A stretch of 64,000 nucleotides of DNA from a virus (IMGVR_UViG_3300031555_004309:1-64000); one strand, 5' to 3'. Shown: positions 6,542 through 16,688, counted from the stretch's first letter. A program made the numbers and translations. The notes: generated from the letters alone by a model not told the origin.

Positions 6542-6619
6542 TGGGTGCGGAAGTGGGATTTGAACCCACGACATCCTGATAATGAGTCAGGTAGGCTGAC
6601 CAGACTGCCCCATTCCGCG
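6542..6619 (-). tRNA. tRNA-fMet(CAT)-like initiator, atypical
   Basis: C1:A72 mismatch, CGCGG 5' end, R11:Y24, CAT anticodon, CCA. Confidence 0.8.
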
Positions 6620-6639
6620 ATATTAAAAGTTGCAAGAAA

Positions 6640-7440
6640 GGAAGAACGATTAGAATTCTCATTCTTAATAACTGACTTTCGTAGGATTATTTATTCCCTA
6701 CTTTTCCACTACCTTTTGGGCAGTATCAGTTGTGCCCGCAATATTTATAGTCCTTGCATCGGGACTCTAACAAATTACTACTCAATTTTGACTTCACTAC
6801 TAGTCTTGCGGACTATTCAGGTTGCTACACCTTATAGTTTCGTTTAAAGATTAAATAGAGGTTGCTTGCGACAAACTCTACTCCAGATTGTCTTGCACTC
6901 TGGAATTAGGACACTTTCGTAATTTGCGGCGATAGGCTTTTGCTTCTGTGGATCTAGTTAGATTTGAACTAACGCTTTATAGTTTAACAGACTATGGCTC
7001 TACCCGCTGAGCTATAAACCCTATTGACTTTAGACGAGCTACCGCAGTAGCTTACTATTCTTTTGGAGTAGCAAATACTACTCGCCTAAATACACTTTCA
7101 GCAACAACTTACTTATGCGGTAAATACCCTTATCGGATATATACTGGTTACCGCCCTTATTCGTTACAACTCGGACTAATTAACCTTCGGTTTTTCAGTA
7201 CCTTAACAAAATATTTAGCGTGACCTAGCCGCCAGCTAAACGGCACCAATTCAGTATCCCTCACAGATTTGCCTTGGGAATCCCTTTCGGTCTATTTTAT
7301 TAAGTTATCTCAGTTTCTTCTAAGCAGGGACATCATTTATGTCCCTCTGATTCTCGAATTGCTTGGGGTACCTCTTTCAAGGCGAAGTTTGTCAGCACTC
7401 CTTTCAGTTACTTGCGTAACCTTATCTGCCAAGCCAGAAG
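6640..7440 (-). ncRNA. GOLLD-like large RNA (about 800 nt, boundaries approximate)
   Basis: Long ORF-free structured region with own promoter; 3' half motifs CGAAAGTGT, AAGGTGTAGCAACCT, GAGTAG, CCAAAAGGTAGTGG, GGAATAAATAATCC match my recollection of GOLLD; embedded tRNA is known for GOLLD. Confidence 0.75.
6949..7021 (-). tRNA. tRNA-Asn(GTT) embedded in GOLLD-like RNA
   Basis: ATAGT-CTGTTAA-ACTAT; GTTCAAATC; no CCA. Confidence 0.85.
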
Positions 7441-7471
7441 AAAAATTTTATTTTTTATTTTCTATATTTAT

Positions 7472-7500
7472 ATTATATCATAATTTTCAAAAAAAGTCAA
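7472..7500 (-). promoter_or_regulatory. sigma-A promoter of GOLLD/tRNA-fMet operon
   Basis: TTGACT-17-TATAAT. Confidence 0.8.
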
Positions 7501-7540
7501 ATTTTTGAAACTACGATTTTCTACTTAGTGCGCGCCCGCA

Positions 7541-7915
7541 TTAAGAACTTAGATACCAATAAGAATACGGCCCTACTGGTATCTTATTTAACGCATCTAC
7601 TACCTTCTTAATCTGAGGTATCCACTTTGCCAAGTCCTCATTAAAATCAAAGAAAAACGCTTCTCTAAAGAACTTGGTTGTCATAACTTGGTCATAATGA
7701 GTACTTGCAACAAACACATTATTACAAATAATTCTAACCTCTCCAATACCACTATACTTAATAAGGGCAGGTTCTCCTACCTCATAAGGAATGGAAGTAT
7801 CAAGATTTGACAGTAAAATTCTTTCAATGCGACAACCAAATTTATCATCTATATCTTCGATTTCAGCAAGTAAAGTGGTATCTTCAGTTTCATTGCTATA
7901 AAATCTTAATGTCAT
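7541..7915 (-). CDS. hypothetical protein
   Basis: ORF with RBS. Confidence 0.55.
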   Translation of the reverse strand: MTLRFYSNETEDTTLLAEIEDIDDKFGCRIERILLSNLDTSIPYEVGEPALIKYSGIGEVRIICNNVFVASTHYDQVMTTKFFREAFFFDFNEDLAKWIPQIKKVVDALNKIPVGPYSYWYLSS

Positions 7916-7958
7916 CCATTTCCATTCCTTTCTAAAAAATTTGAGATTAGTTTCCTAA

Positions 7959-8111
7959 TTAGTTCTGCGCGCCTACCACACTGAAATAAAGGTTTACAAG
8001 GTCAGCATACTTGAGATGCTTAAGACCAACTGTACGACCATCACTTGTGTCGCCATGGCGAATTCCCATTTTCTTGAGTTCTTTGATAAAAAATCCTTTT
8101 GTATACGGCAT
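7959..8111 (-). CDS. 50-aa basic protein, possibly YflJ/DUF2639-like
   Basis: MPYTKGFFIKELKKMGIRHGD...LVNLY; AAGGAG RBS; below ORF-track cutoff. Confidence 0.5.
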   Translation of the reverse strand: MPYTKGFFIKELKKMGIRHGDTSDGRTVGLKHLKYADLVNLYFSVVGAQN

Positions 8112-8126
8112 ATTATTTATCTCCTT

Positions 8127-8336
8127 TCAATATTTTGTACCACAATATTCACATTTATTTCCTGTTAAAATTGCGCCGCAATTAACGCAATTATGCGGAA
8201 TTTCTTCGTGAGAAGACACAATATCATAAATACAATGGGCAGAAGGATAATCATTTATTAAAGTTCCTTCAATTAATTTACCATCTAGTGTATATTGTCC
8301 TCCTATAAGATAAGAATCAAAATTAAAAGTATTCAT
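8127..8336 (-). CDS. zinc-ribbon protein
   Basis: NCVNCGA...KCEYCGT; promoter upstream. Confidence 0.6.
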   Translation of the reverse strand: MNTFNFDSYLIGGQYTLDGKLIEGTLINDYPSAHCIYDIVSSHEEIPHNCVNCGAILTGNKCEYCGTKY

Positions 8337-8445
8337 AAACTTTCCCTTTCTTTTTTATTCTATATATATTATATCACTAAAATTAAAAAAAGTCAAGGAT
8401 TTCTCCTTGACTTTTCTCTTCTCTCAACCCATGCGTTTTATAAAA

Positions 8446-8742
8446 TTAGAACCAGAATAACCAGTCTCTTAAACTGTTAAATGGTCCGAAATCAGTATTC
8501 TTGATAGTAGTATGAAAACTACCATAATCTGCTACAAAATCACTCATAAGTTCATATGCTTTCTTTTGTGCATCTGCGGCCGCCTTATAAGCGTCCTCGA
8601 CTTCTTTTGCTCTATCCGCGCGCTTTGTCGCAAGAGCCTTTTTCTCTTCTTCTACCTTCTTCACAGCTTCCTCTGCGGCAAGGCAGTCCTCTTTCGAGTC
8701 ATAATACTTCTTTGTGATTGTTGAATAATAACATTCTTTCAT
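8446..8742 (-). CDS. coiled-coil phage protein
   Basis: Strong RBS; Ala/Lys/Glu-rich helix. Confidence 0.65.
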   Translation of the reverse strand: MKECYYSTITKKYYDSKEDCLAAEEAVKKVEEEKKALATKRADRAKEVEDAYKAAADAQKKAYELMSDFVADYGSFHTTIKNTDFGPFNSLRDWLFWF

Positions 8743-8786
8743 TTAAATTCCTCCTCTGCTTTGAATTTTGAAAGATAGGCTGAGAG

Positions 8787-9188
8787 TTATATAAGCGCCA
8801 TTAAAATACAAATTTCAACAATAATCTGAACAAGATGTGCAAATTGGTCTTGTATTAAGTTAATCTCATGCTCATTCGCTTTTAAATCATCGATAATACC
8901 GTGCATCATTGTTTGAGTAATAATCAAAAATAGTAATGGAAGACATATCTCTTTATTGATAATATAATAATAAACTAAAGAAGGTATAGATATTGCCGCA
9001 GCCCAGCTAAAAGAATGAGCAAGTAATGCTATTGTATAATCATATTTATATTTTTCAGTATAACTTGACTGAGATGTCCACCATTCTTTCTGTTTCATAC
9101 TGGCTAATATCCCCTGAGATTTAAAGTCATCATAAATATGGAAAAAGATTGTGGCGAAGAATACTATTAAAATATGAGAAAAATTCAT
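8787..9188 (-). CDS. DUF3307-like membrane protein
   Basis: HxxDDF..QG, HxxxD, DQxxH motifs and hydrophobic segments. Confidence 0.7.
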   Translation of the reverse strand: MNFSHILIVFFATIFFHIYDDFKSQGILASMKQKEWWTSQSSYTEKYKYDYTIALLAHSFSWAAAISIPSLVYYYIINKEICLPLLFLIITQTMMHGIIDDLKANEHEINLIQDQFAHLVQIIVEICILMALI

Positions 9189-10003
9189 TAATCTTTCACT
9201 CCTTCAAGTCCATAAAATATCAGCTCATCTGCATATGGTAACTTATGCAATTCACTAATAAAATCGTGCCACTCTTGAAGTCTATGATGCTTTCTCTGGT
9301 CTACCATTGTTCTCAAAGTCTCATAGTTACAAGTGAAAGTACGCTTCTGATTCCAGCCTTCAGGTAAGATTTCTACTAAGGCGCGCCAGTAACGCGAATC
9401 CTTTGTTGCATTATACTTCAGGCGCAAATCTTCACACGCATCTATGATAGTGTCCTGTACATCAAAACACTCCATCGGCAAATCCTTACTAAAAGAGAAG
9501 CACTCTCTTGTGATAGGAGTAGATGCCAACTTGTGCATTGTACTACAAGAATTAGTTACAGTAGCAATGCGGTACTGGTCTGCTTCTTTCCACCAGAGCA
9601 GCGGCGCATCTATATCCATACAAACAGAGATTTGACGAAGGAACTTCCTATCTGATGCGCCCGCGCTAATCATTCTCTGCGCCAGTCCCATATCCACAGG
9701 ACCAATATACGCATACTGGAAATAGTTAGGAGTTAATCCGAGACTATTTGAACTATACTTCCTACCATTGTGTTTAAGCCACATCTCACGAAGTTTTACA
9801 CTTTCAAAATACTCTTGACTGTTTACTTCTTCGGGTACATCTTTCTTTACCCAATCCATATTAACTTTGATAAGGTCTTTATCAGTTTCTTCAGTTTCAA
9901 AACCAAAAATACTATCGCTCTTATCCCAACTGTTCATTGGATTGCGCAGACCTCGAAATGCGCCTTCGAGATTAAAGGCTTCTAAATTACCAATATTTAT
10001 CAT
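9188..10003 (-). CDS. ThyX-like (FAD-dependent thymidylate synthase-like) phage protein
   Basis: RKFLRQI, APLLWWKEADQYR, NSCSTMHK, LPEGWNQKR, QRKHHRLQEW. Confidence 0.6.
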   Translation of the reverse strand: MINIGNLEAFNLEGAFRGLRNPMNSWDKSDSIFGFETEETDKDLIKVNMDWVKKDVPEEVNSQEYFESVKLREMWLKHNGRKYSSNSLGLTPNYFQYAYIGPVDMGLAQRMISAGASDRKFLRQISVCMDIDAPLLWWKEADQYRIATVTNSCSTMHKLASTPITRECFSFSKDLPMECFDVQDTIIDACEDLRLKYNATKDSRYWRALVEILPEGWNQKRTFTCNYETLRTMVDQRKHHRLQEWHDFISELHKLPYADELIFYGLEGVKD

Positions 10004-10735
10004 TATCTATTACCTCCTGAATTTTCTTTATAACATAATCATATTCTTCTTTTAATACAAAAGCATCTTCATCATCTTTCATATAAACTCTTGTTTTTCC
10101 TGAACAATGATCTTTGGTAATAAACTCAAGAAAATTTATATTTAAGGTTACAGGGACATCTTTTAATGTATGAAATGTTATTAAAATCGGTCTCATTTCC
10201 TATTTTCCTCCAACCATTCTAAATACATAACCCCACAGCCGCAATAATCATCACTATGAGATGTACAATATTCTCTTATCTCACAATTTTTACAACCTTC
10301 GGTCATTGCTTTATCTATGAATTTTATAATCTTATCTTCATTCATAATAATAAGGCCTCTTTTCAAAATGTTCTAAAAATCTTTCTTCAAGAACTTTTTT
10401 TCTTTCGAGAAGTGTTTTTAATACTCTTTTTTCCCTGTCAACTTCATATGCATCATAATTGGTAAATTTTTCCCTTGTAAGATATATATCAATCGCTTGA
10501 TTTACATATACTAAGTCAGCGTATAAAATTGTTTCAGGATTCATAATCTTCTATCTCCTTATATTTCTTCTTAAACGGTTCAAGAATTTCTTTCATCTTG
10601 TCCTCTCCTACTTCTGCCGCAGCCCAATTAAAAGTCAAAGCCATTAATGGATCAAACTTATAGCAGAAATTCTGAGTACAATGTCCATAGTTATCTTTAT
10701 ATTCACAAATATGTGGGCAATAAATATTACCTGCA

Positions 10736-11101
10736 TTATAATTCATCTTTCATTAACTCCTCTATGAATTTCTTTTTTAATCCTAAGATATACTCATTAG
10801 GAGTCCAACCATTTTCAAAATGATTTCCGCTATAATAACAAGACTTACAAGGTTCTTTTTCTAAACTTCTTGTCTGTTCCCAAGTTCCACATACATTACA
10901 AGCATCGAATTCAAAACACTTTACTACTAATCCAAAAATTTCTTCGGGATTTCTTCTCTGCCAACCCCAATCAATATCTCCAGTCGCAGTATTTTCTAAT
11001 ATCTGAACCTTACACAAAGGCTCAATCGTCTCCTTATCAAAGAAACTTAATTGTTTCTCTTTACAATCTATTGTGTGTGCAAGGACTTCTTTCTTATCCA
11101 T
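10736..11101 (-). CDS. hypothetical protein, first of a small-ORF operon (also 10534-10746, 10338-10544, 9987-10196)
   Basis: Promoter at about 11157-11186; overlapping start/stop codons. Confidence 0.55.
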   Translation of the reverse strand: MDKKEVLAHTIDCKEKQLSFFDKETIEPLCKVQILENTATGDIDWGWQRRNPEEIFGLVVKCFEFDACNVCGTWEQTRSLEKEPCKSCYYSGNHFENGWTPNEYILGLKKKFIEELMKDEL

Positions 11102-11246
11102 ACTTAATCTCCTACTTGGGCGCCGCCCAAGATTTTTTTATTTTCATATCTAATTATATTTTACCACAAGATGCGAAAAAAGTCAAGCATTTAGCTTGAC
11201 TTTCTTCCTTTATACTAACAACCGCTAAGCTTGCCAGCACGATCGT

Positions 11247-11699
11247 TTATTCTTCTTCAATTTCTTCTTCTTCTTCTTCTCCGAAAAGAACTTCCGCTTC
11301 CATACCTGTCACACAATCCCTTAACTGATGAACTTTCCCCATCATAAACATAGTCACATACAAAGTATATGCCCCGCGCGCATCATTCTCATCTTTTGAG
11401 TGATAAACACAGAAGACATCTTGGTTATCTGTGTTAGGATATATTGTTGCAAATACCATATAATTTTCTCCTGCTTTTTCAAGAGAAATCTCATAGCTTG
11501 GCATTTTATACTCATCTAATGTTTCAATGTTTTCCTCGATTTGGTCTATCTTCTTCATCATATCGTCAAGGAGTTCTGTAAAAAGACCGTCAGGTTTGAT
11601 AACGGTGACAAAGTCTTCAAGATTAAAGGGGATATAGTTACCTTCTTTATCTTTATAGTATAAATCTGTAGGGAAGGGAAATTCAAAATTATCTGGCAT
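11247..11699 (-). CDS. acidic hypothetical protein
   Basis: GGAGG RBS; sigma-A promoter; poly-Glu tail. Confidence 0.65.
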   Translation of the reverse strand: MPDNFEFPFPTDLYYKDKEGNYIPFNLEDFVTVIKPDGLFTELLDDMMKKIDQIEENIETLDEYKMPSYEISLEKAGENYMVFATIYPNTDNQDVFCVYHSKDENDARGAYTLYVTMFMMGKVHQLRDCVTGMEAEVLFGEEEEEEIEEE

Positions 11700-11766
11700 T
11701 GAAAGTTGCCTCCTTTTTTATTTTCTATATATATTATATCAGAAAAAGACCTATTTGTCAATAATT

Positions 11767-13626
11767 TTATAATGAAGCCGCGACTAAATTATGAGATAGT
11801 TTATCTAATTCTTCATCACTCATAATTTCAAATAAATCTATATGTAAATGAGGATCTTGTAATGTTATAGCTTTTAATGCCTTTTGTCCATATACCATAC
11901 CATATTTTACATATCCCATATCACTATACCACTCATTAGGAGTTGTATTATTTGAACGATAAAGTCTTTTATCATTAACCATGTTAGTAAAATCTCCTGC
12001 AGAAAAAATAGATGTATTTAATTTTGTTGCCATTTTTACTCTTGCAAGTTCTCCCTTTTGTTCTTGCATTTTATCTTGTAAATGAATGATAATCTTTTCA
12101 TAAATAAGAGACATTGGTATTAATGCTTTACCAGCATAAACAATAAAATCATAAGGCTCTGCTTTAAACCCTTCACCTGTTTTTTCGATAAAATCTGAAA
12201 TAAAAAGAATAAGAAAGTTTTCTAAGGTTTTACTAATAATATCTTCTGTTAATTTAAAATAAGGGACTCCTTCATTAATAGATTTTCCCTTATTTGCTCT
12301 TACATTTTCCAAACTTTTCCATCTTTGTGAAAGAACATTATAGTTGACTAAAATATATTCAAGTTTAGAATATGTGTCAGGTTGAATATTTAATCCTTTA
12401 ATCATTTCCGTATCTCTTTTAAAATCAAGATAACTCATTCCTTTTTGTCCAAATCCATGTAGTTTCATATTAACAAAGGAATTTAGATTATTAATAGATT
12501 TTCCTGTTAAAAGATTTTCTAATATCTTTCCCGCATCTGTCTCTGTATTTTTTAATTGAAGACGATATCCGCCCTCTTTCCCCAATTTTAACAATATATC
12601 AGTTTTAGGATCGACGGGATTTCTATTAAAACGAGGTTTTTTTACATTAGACCATCTTTCAACTTTATCCTCTCCAAATTCAATTTGAAATGTTAAGGTC
12701 AATGCGCTTTCAAGAATAAATCCTCCTTTGGGCGCATCTTGTCCCTTGGTCCAAATATTTAATTCTTGTTTTAATTGATTCATATATTGATCGAGAAGAA
12801 TTTGATCAACATCTGGTATTTGTTGTCGAATATAATCTTTTAATCTATTAAGTCGAACAGAATTATCTTCCTTATAAAATTCATTTATTATTCTGTTTAA
12901 TTTACCACCTTTTTTTCGCATAGGACCAAAATCTTCTGCTTGTTCAAATTCTTCTTTACTATTATATCCAAAAACTTCTTGAAAACCTAAAACTTCTATT
13001 AACGCTTTTTGATATTCAGTTTTAGAAAGGTGTGAAGAAGTAAAATCTTTTGCTTTACTGTTTATTTTAAAAACACGAGTGAAGAACTGTGATACTCCTT
13101 CGTTCTGTCCTAACTTTAAGCTATATTTTTTCAATAAAGAATCGCTAAACTGATTTAAAAAATCTTGTAATTTTTCTCGACTTTCTTCCCAACTTAATTC
13201 TCTTCCCGAATATAATATTTTTCGTCCTTCTGTACTATTAATTACCGTTTCTATATTTTGAGCTTGAGCAGATTTTTCATCTAAGTTTTTAGAATCAGGT
13301 CTTTCTAAAAAATAATCTGCCCAATCGTATTGATTCGTAATAATAATATCTTCTCCATACTTTTCTTTATAAAATTTTTCACTATCTTTATAAAAACTCT
13401 TTTCTGTTTCTCTTGCTTCTGTTAATCTATCAGAAAAAAATTTTATCGCATCTTGATAAGGCGCATCTTCTTTTGACGTCCTCATTCCGCCTATATCTAT
13501 TTTTGTAGCATAATTAGTAAAATTAATTGATTTAGAATGAAGATATGTCATATCTACAATATTATCATTATAAGAATGAGCATCAGGTGCAGAATAAGAT
13601 CTTTGTGATTGAGTTTTTCTTGCCAT
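11767..13626 (-). CDS. 619-aa unknown protein with possible PD-(D/E)xK-like motif
   Basis: Long ORF; GGFILE...PKTDILL...LQLK pattern. Confidence 0.7.
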   Translation of the reverse strand: MARKTQSQRSYSAPDAHSYNDNIVDMTYLHSKSINFTNYATKIDIGGMRTSKEDAPYQDAIKFFSDRLTEARETEKSFYKDSEKFYKEKYGEDIIITNQYDWADYFLERPDSKNLDEKSAQAQNIETVINSTEGRKILYSGRELSWEESREKLQDFLNQFSDSLLKKYSLKLGQNEGVSQFFTRVFKINSKAKDFTSSHLSKTEYQKALIEVLGFQEVFGYNSKEEFEQAEDFGPMRKKGGKLNRIINEFYKEDNSVRLNRLKDYIRQQIPDVDQILLDQYMNQLKQELNIWTKGQDAPKGGFILESALTLTFQIEFGEDKVERWSNVKKPRFNRNPVDPKTDILLKLGKEGGYRLQLKNTETDAGKILENLLTGKSINNLNSFVNMKLHGFGQKGMSYLDFKRDTEMIKGLNIQPDTYSKLEYILVNYNVLSQRWKSLENVRANKGKSINEGVPYFKLTEDIISKTLENFLILFISDFIEKTGEGFKAEPYDFIVYAGKALIPMSLIYEKIIIHLQDKMQEQKGELARVKMATKLNTSIFSAGDFTNMVNDKRLYRSNNTTPNEWYSDMGYVKYGMVYGQKALKAITLQDPHLHIDLFEIMSDEELDKLSHNLVAASL

Positions 13627-13710
13627 CTCCTTTCACCTCCAAATTACATTCCAATTATATGTAATCTACTCTCTTCTTTCCTATAAAAAAAAGACGACAT
13701 TACTGTCGCC

Positions 13711-14274
13711 TTATCCATAAATCTCAACTTCCAACCACTTACAGCCCCAATTCAATGCATCCTCGTGACTTCCAAAATATATATCTATCACATTCCCGTT
13801 TACTGCGCCACCTCTATCCATAACCTCACAAGTACCAAGACCTGGGATATTAACAAGAGTTCCAAACGCATAACTACTACTCATAGCAATTGTATATTTG
13901 GGTACTGCTCTCTTTCCACTTGCAGTATACACAATCGGTTTTCCATTCTCATCTAATGGTCTACTATTTGCATAATCCCCACAACATTTCTCACAAGCAC
14001 AATAAGCAGTACATTTCGCATAAATATAAGTATGAGGAGTTTGAATAGAAGGTTCATAGTCTTCTTCTTCAATTTCTACCTCGGCGCGCTCGTCGTCAAA
14101 ATCTTCGTTTACTTCTACTAACACGTACTCTTTTATCACTAAAGTTTCTTCTTTAGTTTCCTGAATTTCTTGCGGCGGGACCGCACTATAAAATAAAACT
14201 AAATTAGAAAATAAAAAAAGTCCGATCAACCCAATTATTATAAGATTTTTGAAGAAAATTCGCATCAATTTCAA
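13711..14274 (-). CDS. membrane-anchored 3D (Asp-Asp-Asp) domain cell-wall protein
   Basis: N-terminal TM; TAYCACEKCCG, TASG, DRGGAV..IDIYF; terminator at 13685-13711. Confidence 0.85.
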   Translation of the reverse strand: MKLMRIFFKNLIIIGLIGLFLFSNLVLFYSAVPPQEIQETKEETLVIKEYVLVEVNEDFDDERAEVEIEEEDYEPSIQTPHTYIYAKCTAYCACEKCCGDYANSRPLDENGKPIVYTASGKRAVPKYTIAMSSSYAFGTLVNIPGLGTCEVMDRGGAVNGNVIDIYFGSHEDALNWGCKWLEVEIYG

Positions 14275-14307
14275 ACGATTTCACCTCAGATTTCTACTTC
14301 ATTTTAT

Positions 14308-14340
14308 AAAAAGAAAACCGCCCAATTTCTTGGGCGATTT
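14308..14340 (-). terminator. terminator of ROOL-like RNA
   Basis: ATCGCCCAA-GAAA-TTGGGCGGT plus TTTCTTTT. Confidence 0.8.
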
Positions 14341-14357
14341 ATATAAAAGAGAACAAA

Positions 14358-14969
14358 GACAATTTAACACCCTATTTTATTTACAAATAGACCTTCGTCT
14401 TACCTCTATCTTATCCTTCAACCATATTCAGTCACCGAGTAGATATATGTGAGGAGTTGGTAGCGAGCCAAAACCTATATACCCAAGAAAGACTTCCGTC
14501 TTTCACAAAGCTCGTAGAGGATTGATTACCTCTAACTTTCAGACATCTTTCACTTTTTATCTTGTTATATCTCAAGATCCCCAAATATTAACTCGGTGTC
14601 ATTATTGTCCTACTCGTTCTGCGTCTCTCCTTATACCCAATTTCTTGGTTCAACGACACGGCTTTCCTTATTGTAGCATTACCCGTCTGGTCAGAGTGCT
14701 ACCTCTGCCTTCTTGGCTTCTTCTCTTCCTCAGAGCGTCTATTACGGAAACGGAGAGTTACAAACTTTTAATTGCGAATACTTCAGCACCTACCCTTAGT
14801 CTTGAGAGGTTCCTCTCTCGTGAGAACTACATTACTGCACCCTCAACGATTTCACCTGCCTTGAGAAAGTATCCTTACTCATAAGGCTCGCACTATACGG
14901 ATAGTCCCAGCACATTGACAATGCTCTTCACTGGGGTATTCATAAATAAAATACGATATTAAATTGTCT
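14358..14969 (-). ncRNA. ROOL-like large RNA (about 610 nt)
   Basis: Ends pair (AGACAATTTAA..TATTTTATTTA / TAAATAAAATA..TTAAATTGTCT); motifs GGTAGGTG, TAAGGAAAG, GAGTAGG, GTGAAAG, GGTAATCAATCC, GTAAGACGAAGGTCTA match my recollection of ROOL; own promoter and terminator. Confidence 0.85.
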
Positions 14970-15024
14970 AAGTCCGCTGGAGAGCAGAAAAATTAATTTC
15001 TAACTCTTTATTTTCTATATTTAT

Positions 15025-15053
15025 ATTATATCATAAGTTCTTAAAAAAGTCAA
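15025..15053 (-). promoter_or_regulatory. sigma-A promoter of ROOL-like RNA
   Basis: TTGACT-17-TATAAT. Confidence 0.8.
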
Positions 15054-15071
15054 ATTTTTAATTGAAAAGAA

Positions 15072-15659
15072 TTAAATATTTGAATTTTCCATTTCATCTA
15101 AAGTTTGATTAAGAGCAACTTCTACTTGACTTTCTACCTCGGCGGGCTCACCATCAAAATCCTCGTCTTCTTCGTCTTCTTCATCAGATGCCGAGGAATC
15201 TATGACAGTCGCGCCGTCTTCAGAATCTTCATTTCCTTCTTTCCAGAACTTACCAGGATTCTTAAATCTCATTGTATTGTGAAGAGAAAGTAACATAGCA
15301 TTCTCTAAATACTCTAAGAACTCTTCCACTCCATTATTCATATCAATGAAGAACTTTGCAAGATAATGGTAGAATTTATTGAGAAGTCTTTCTCTTGCAA
15401 GTTTCATACCAAAATCAAGGTCAAATTCATCATTCTCACTACAAATTGACTTGCCTTTGAGAGTTGTAGGAATATCCATTTTTCTAACCCAGTAGTTAGT
15501 CACATATCTTCCAAACTCATCAGTTTGACGCTTTAACTTATTCACATTCTGCATAATCTCGTCATGCACATTGTCCATTACAGCAACAACAGTTCCAGCT
15601 TCCACATCTACATAATAGTAAATAGAACTTTTCGGAACAGTAATAATTTCTGCACTCAT
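15072..15659 (-). CDS. conserved phage protein with acidic tail
   Basis: GKSICSENDEFDLDFGMKLARERL motif common in large phages. Confidence 0.7.
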   Translation of the reverse strand: MSAEIITVPKSSIYYYVDVEAGTVVAVMDNVHDEIMQNVNKLKRQTDEFGRYVTNYWVRKMDIPTTLKGKSICSENDEFDLDFGMKLARERLLNKFYHYLAKFFIDMNNGVEEFLEYLENAMLLSLHNTMRFKNPGKFWKEGNEDSEDGATVIDSSASDEEDEEDEDFDGEPAEVESQVEVALNQTLDEMENSNI

Positions 15660-15700
15660 ATTGAAACCTCACTATTTTTATTTTCTATACATATATTATA

Positions 15701-16495
15701 TCATATATCTTTAAAAAAGTCAAATTTTTCATTTAACTCTTGGTGCGCGCGCATTATTTGAGAGAGGTATTGACGATACCACATTTGAATATAGGCATCT
15801 CCTTTTGGAATTGAAAAGTCGTTCCAAGGTTTCCGCGGGCCGATGAAGTGGAGAACAGTTACGTCCTCCGGCCGCATCGTATTTTTATACTTTTCCCAAT
15901 AAGGTGCGAAAACATTATAGGATTGAGGAAGATGAAGTTCTTTTCTTTTAACCCAATCAGGGCAAGATAAACGAAGGGCGTCTTGGTCTTGAACTGTACG
16001 AGTAAGAGAAATTTCCATTAACCAATAAGAAAATTCTTTACTTGGTTGAATGACAACAAGTCCCGCATTTAGCATATAATGAGTATGTTTTTCTTCATCG
16101 TCTCTCGCAATTTCTGGTGAGTCTGGCGCCGCCGTCATATGTGGCATATCAAATAAATGGTCAATATTTTTCATTACCATCATATCACAATCTATAAATA
16201 CTATCTTCTCAAATTGGTCAAGTCCAAAACAAGAAAACTTACCTGCCGTTCCATTCCAATGAGGCATATTCATATTTTTATTTTTCTTTAAAAGTTCAGA
16301 GGAATAGATAAAGTCTTCTACTTCTACGACTTCTATTTTAAGAGCTTTGAGAGCTTCTCGGAGTTCGGGAGGAATGGAAGAGGTCACTGCACAGACTAAG
16401 GGGTAGTGCGCGCCCACCTCTTTGAGACTTTGATAGAGGCCAAGAACCCCGTCAAAATAGTCTTTTGTACCTAATAATGTCACATATGCTTTCAT
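15701..16495 (-). CDS. glycosyltransferase family 8 (glycogenin-like)
   Basis: AYVTLL, KIVFIDCD (DxD), NAGLVVIQP, DQDAL, HFIGPRKPW. Confidence 0.9.
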   Translation of the reverse strand: MKAYVTLLGTKDYFDGVLGLYQSLKEVGAHYPLVCAVTSSIPPELREALKALKIEVVEVEDFIYSSELLKKNKNMNMPHWNGTAGKFSCFGLDQFEKIVFIDCDMMVMKNIDHLFDMPHMTAAPDSPEIARDDEEKHTHYMLNAGLVVIQPSKEFSYWLMEISLTRTVQDQDALRLSCPDWVKRKELHLPQSYNVFAPYWEKYKNTMRPEDVTVLHFIGPRKPWNDFSIPKGDAYIQMWYRQYLSQIMRAHQELNEKFDFFKDI

Positions 16496-16507
16496 AATTC
16501 CTCCAAA

Positions 16508-16688
16508 GAAAAAAGGGTAGGATTAACTCCTACCCTAAGTGATACTCAGTAGTTATTGTTCTCAGCGCCCTCGGACTTATTTTAAAACGCCTTGGCGGCA
16601 GAAAATAAAAGTATTCTACATAACTTTAATACTTTACAACTCTCCAGTATAAAAGGATAGAGTCCTAATATCTATGTATCACTCATTA
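16508..16688 (-). ncRNA. candidate small RNA (about 180 nt including terminator)
   Basis: Promoter 16694-16722; end pairing AGTGATAC/GTATCACT; terminator AGGGTAGGA-GTTAA-TCCTACCCT plus T-tract; no ORF with RBS. Confidence 0.6.

Noticed and set aside
6413-7508. Plus-strand ORFs 6413-6847 and 7269-7508
   Set aside because: Antisense to the GOLLD/tRNA transcription unit, no RBS, no protein-like features.
14522-14884. 120-aa plus-strand ORF (and 14249-14452)
   Set aside because: Antisense to the ROOL-like RNA and its flank; shadow ORFs.
16570-16590. tracrRNA-like TTAAAATAAGTCCG in the small RNA
   Set aside because: Short AT-rich match only; no anti-repeat, cas gene or CRISPR array in the window.
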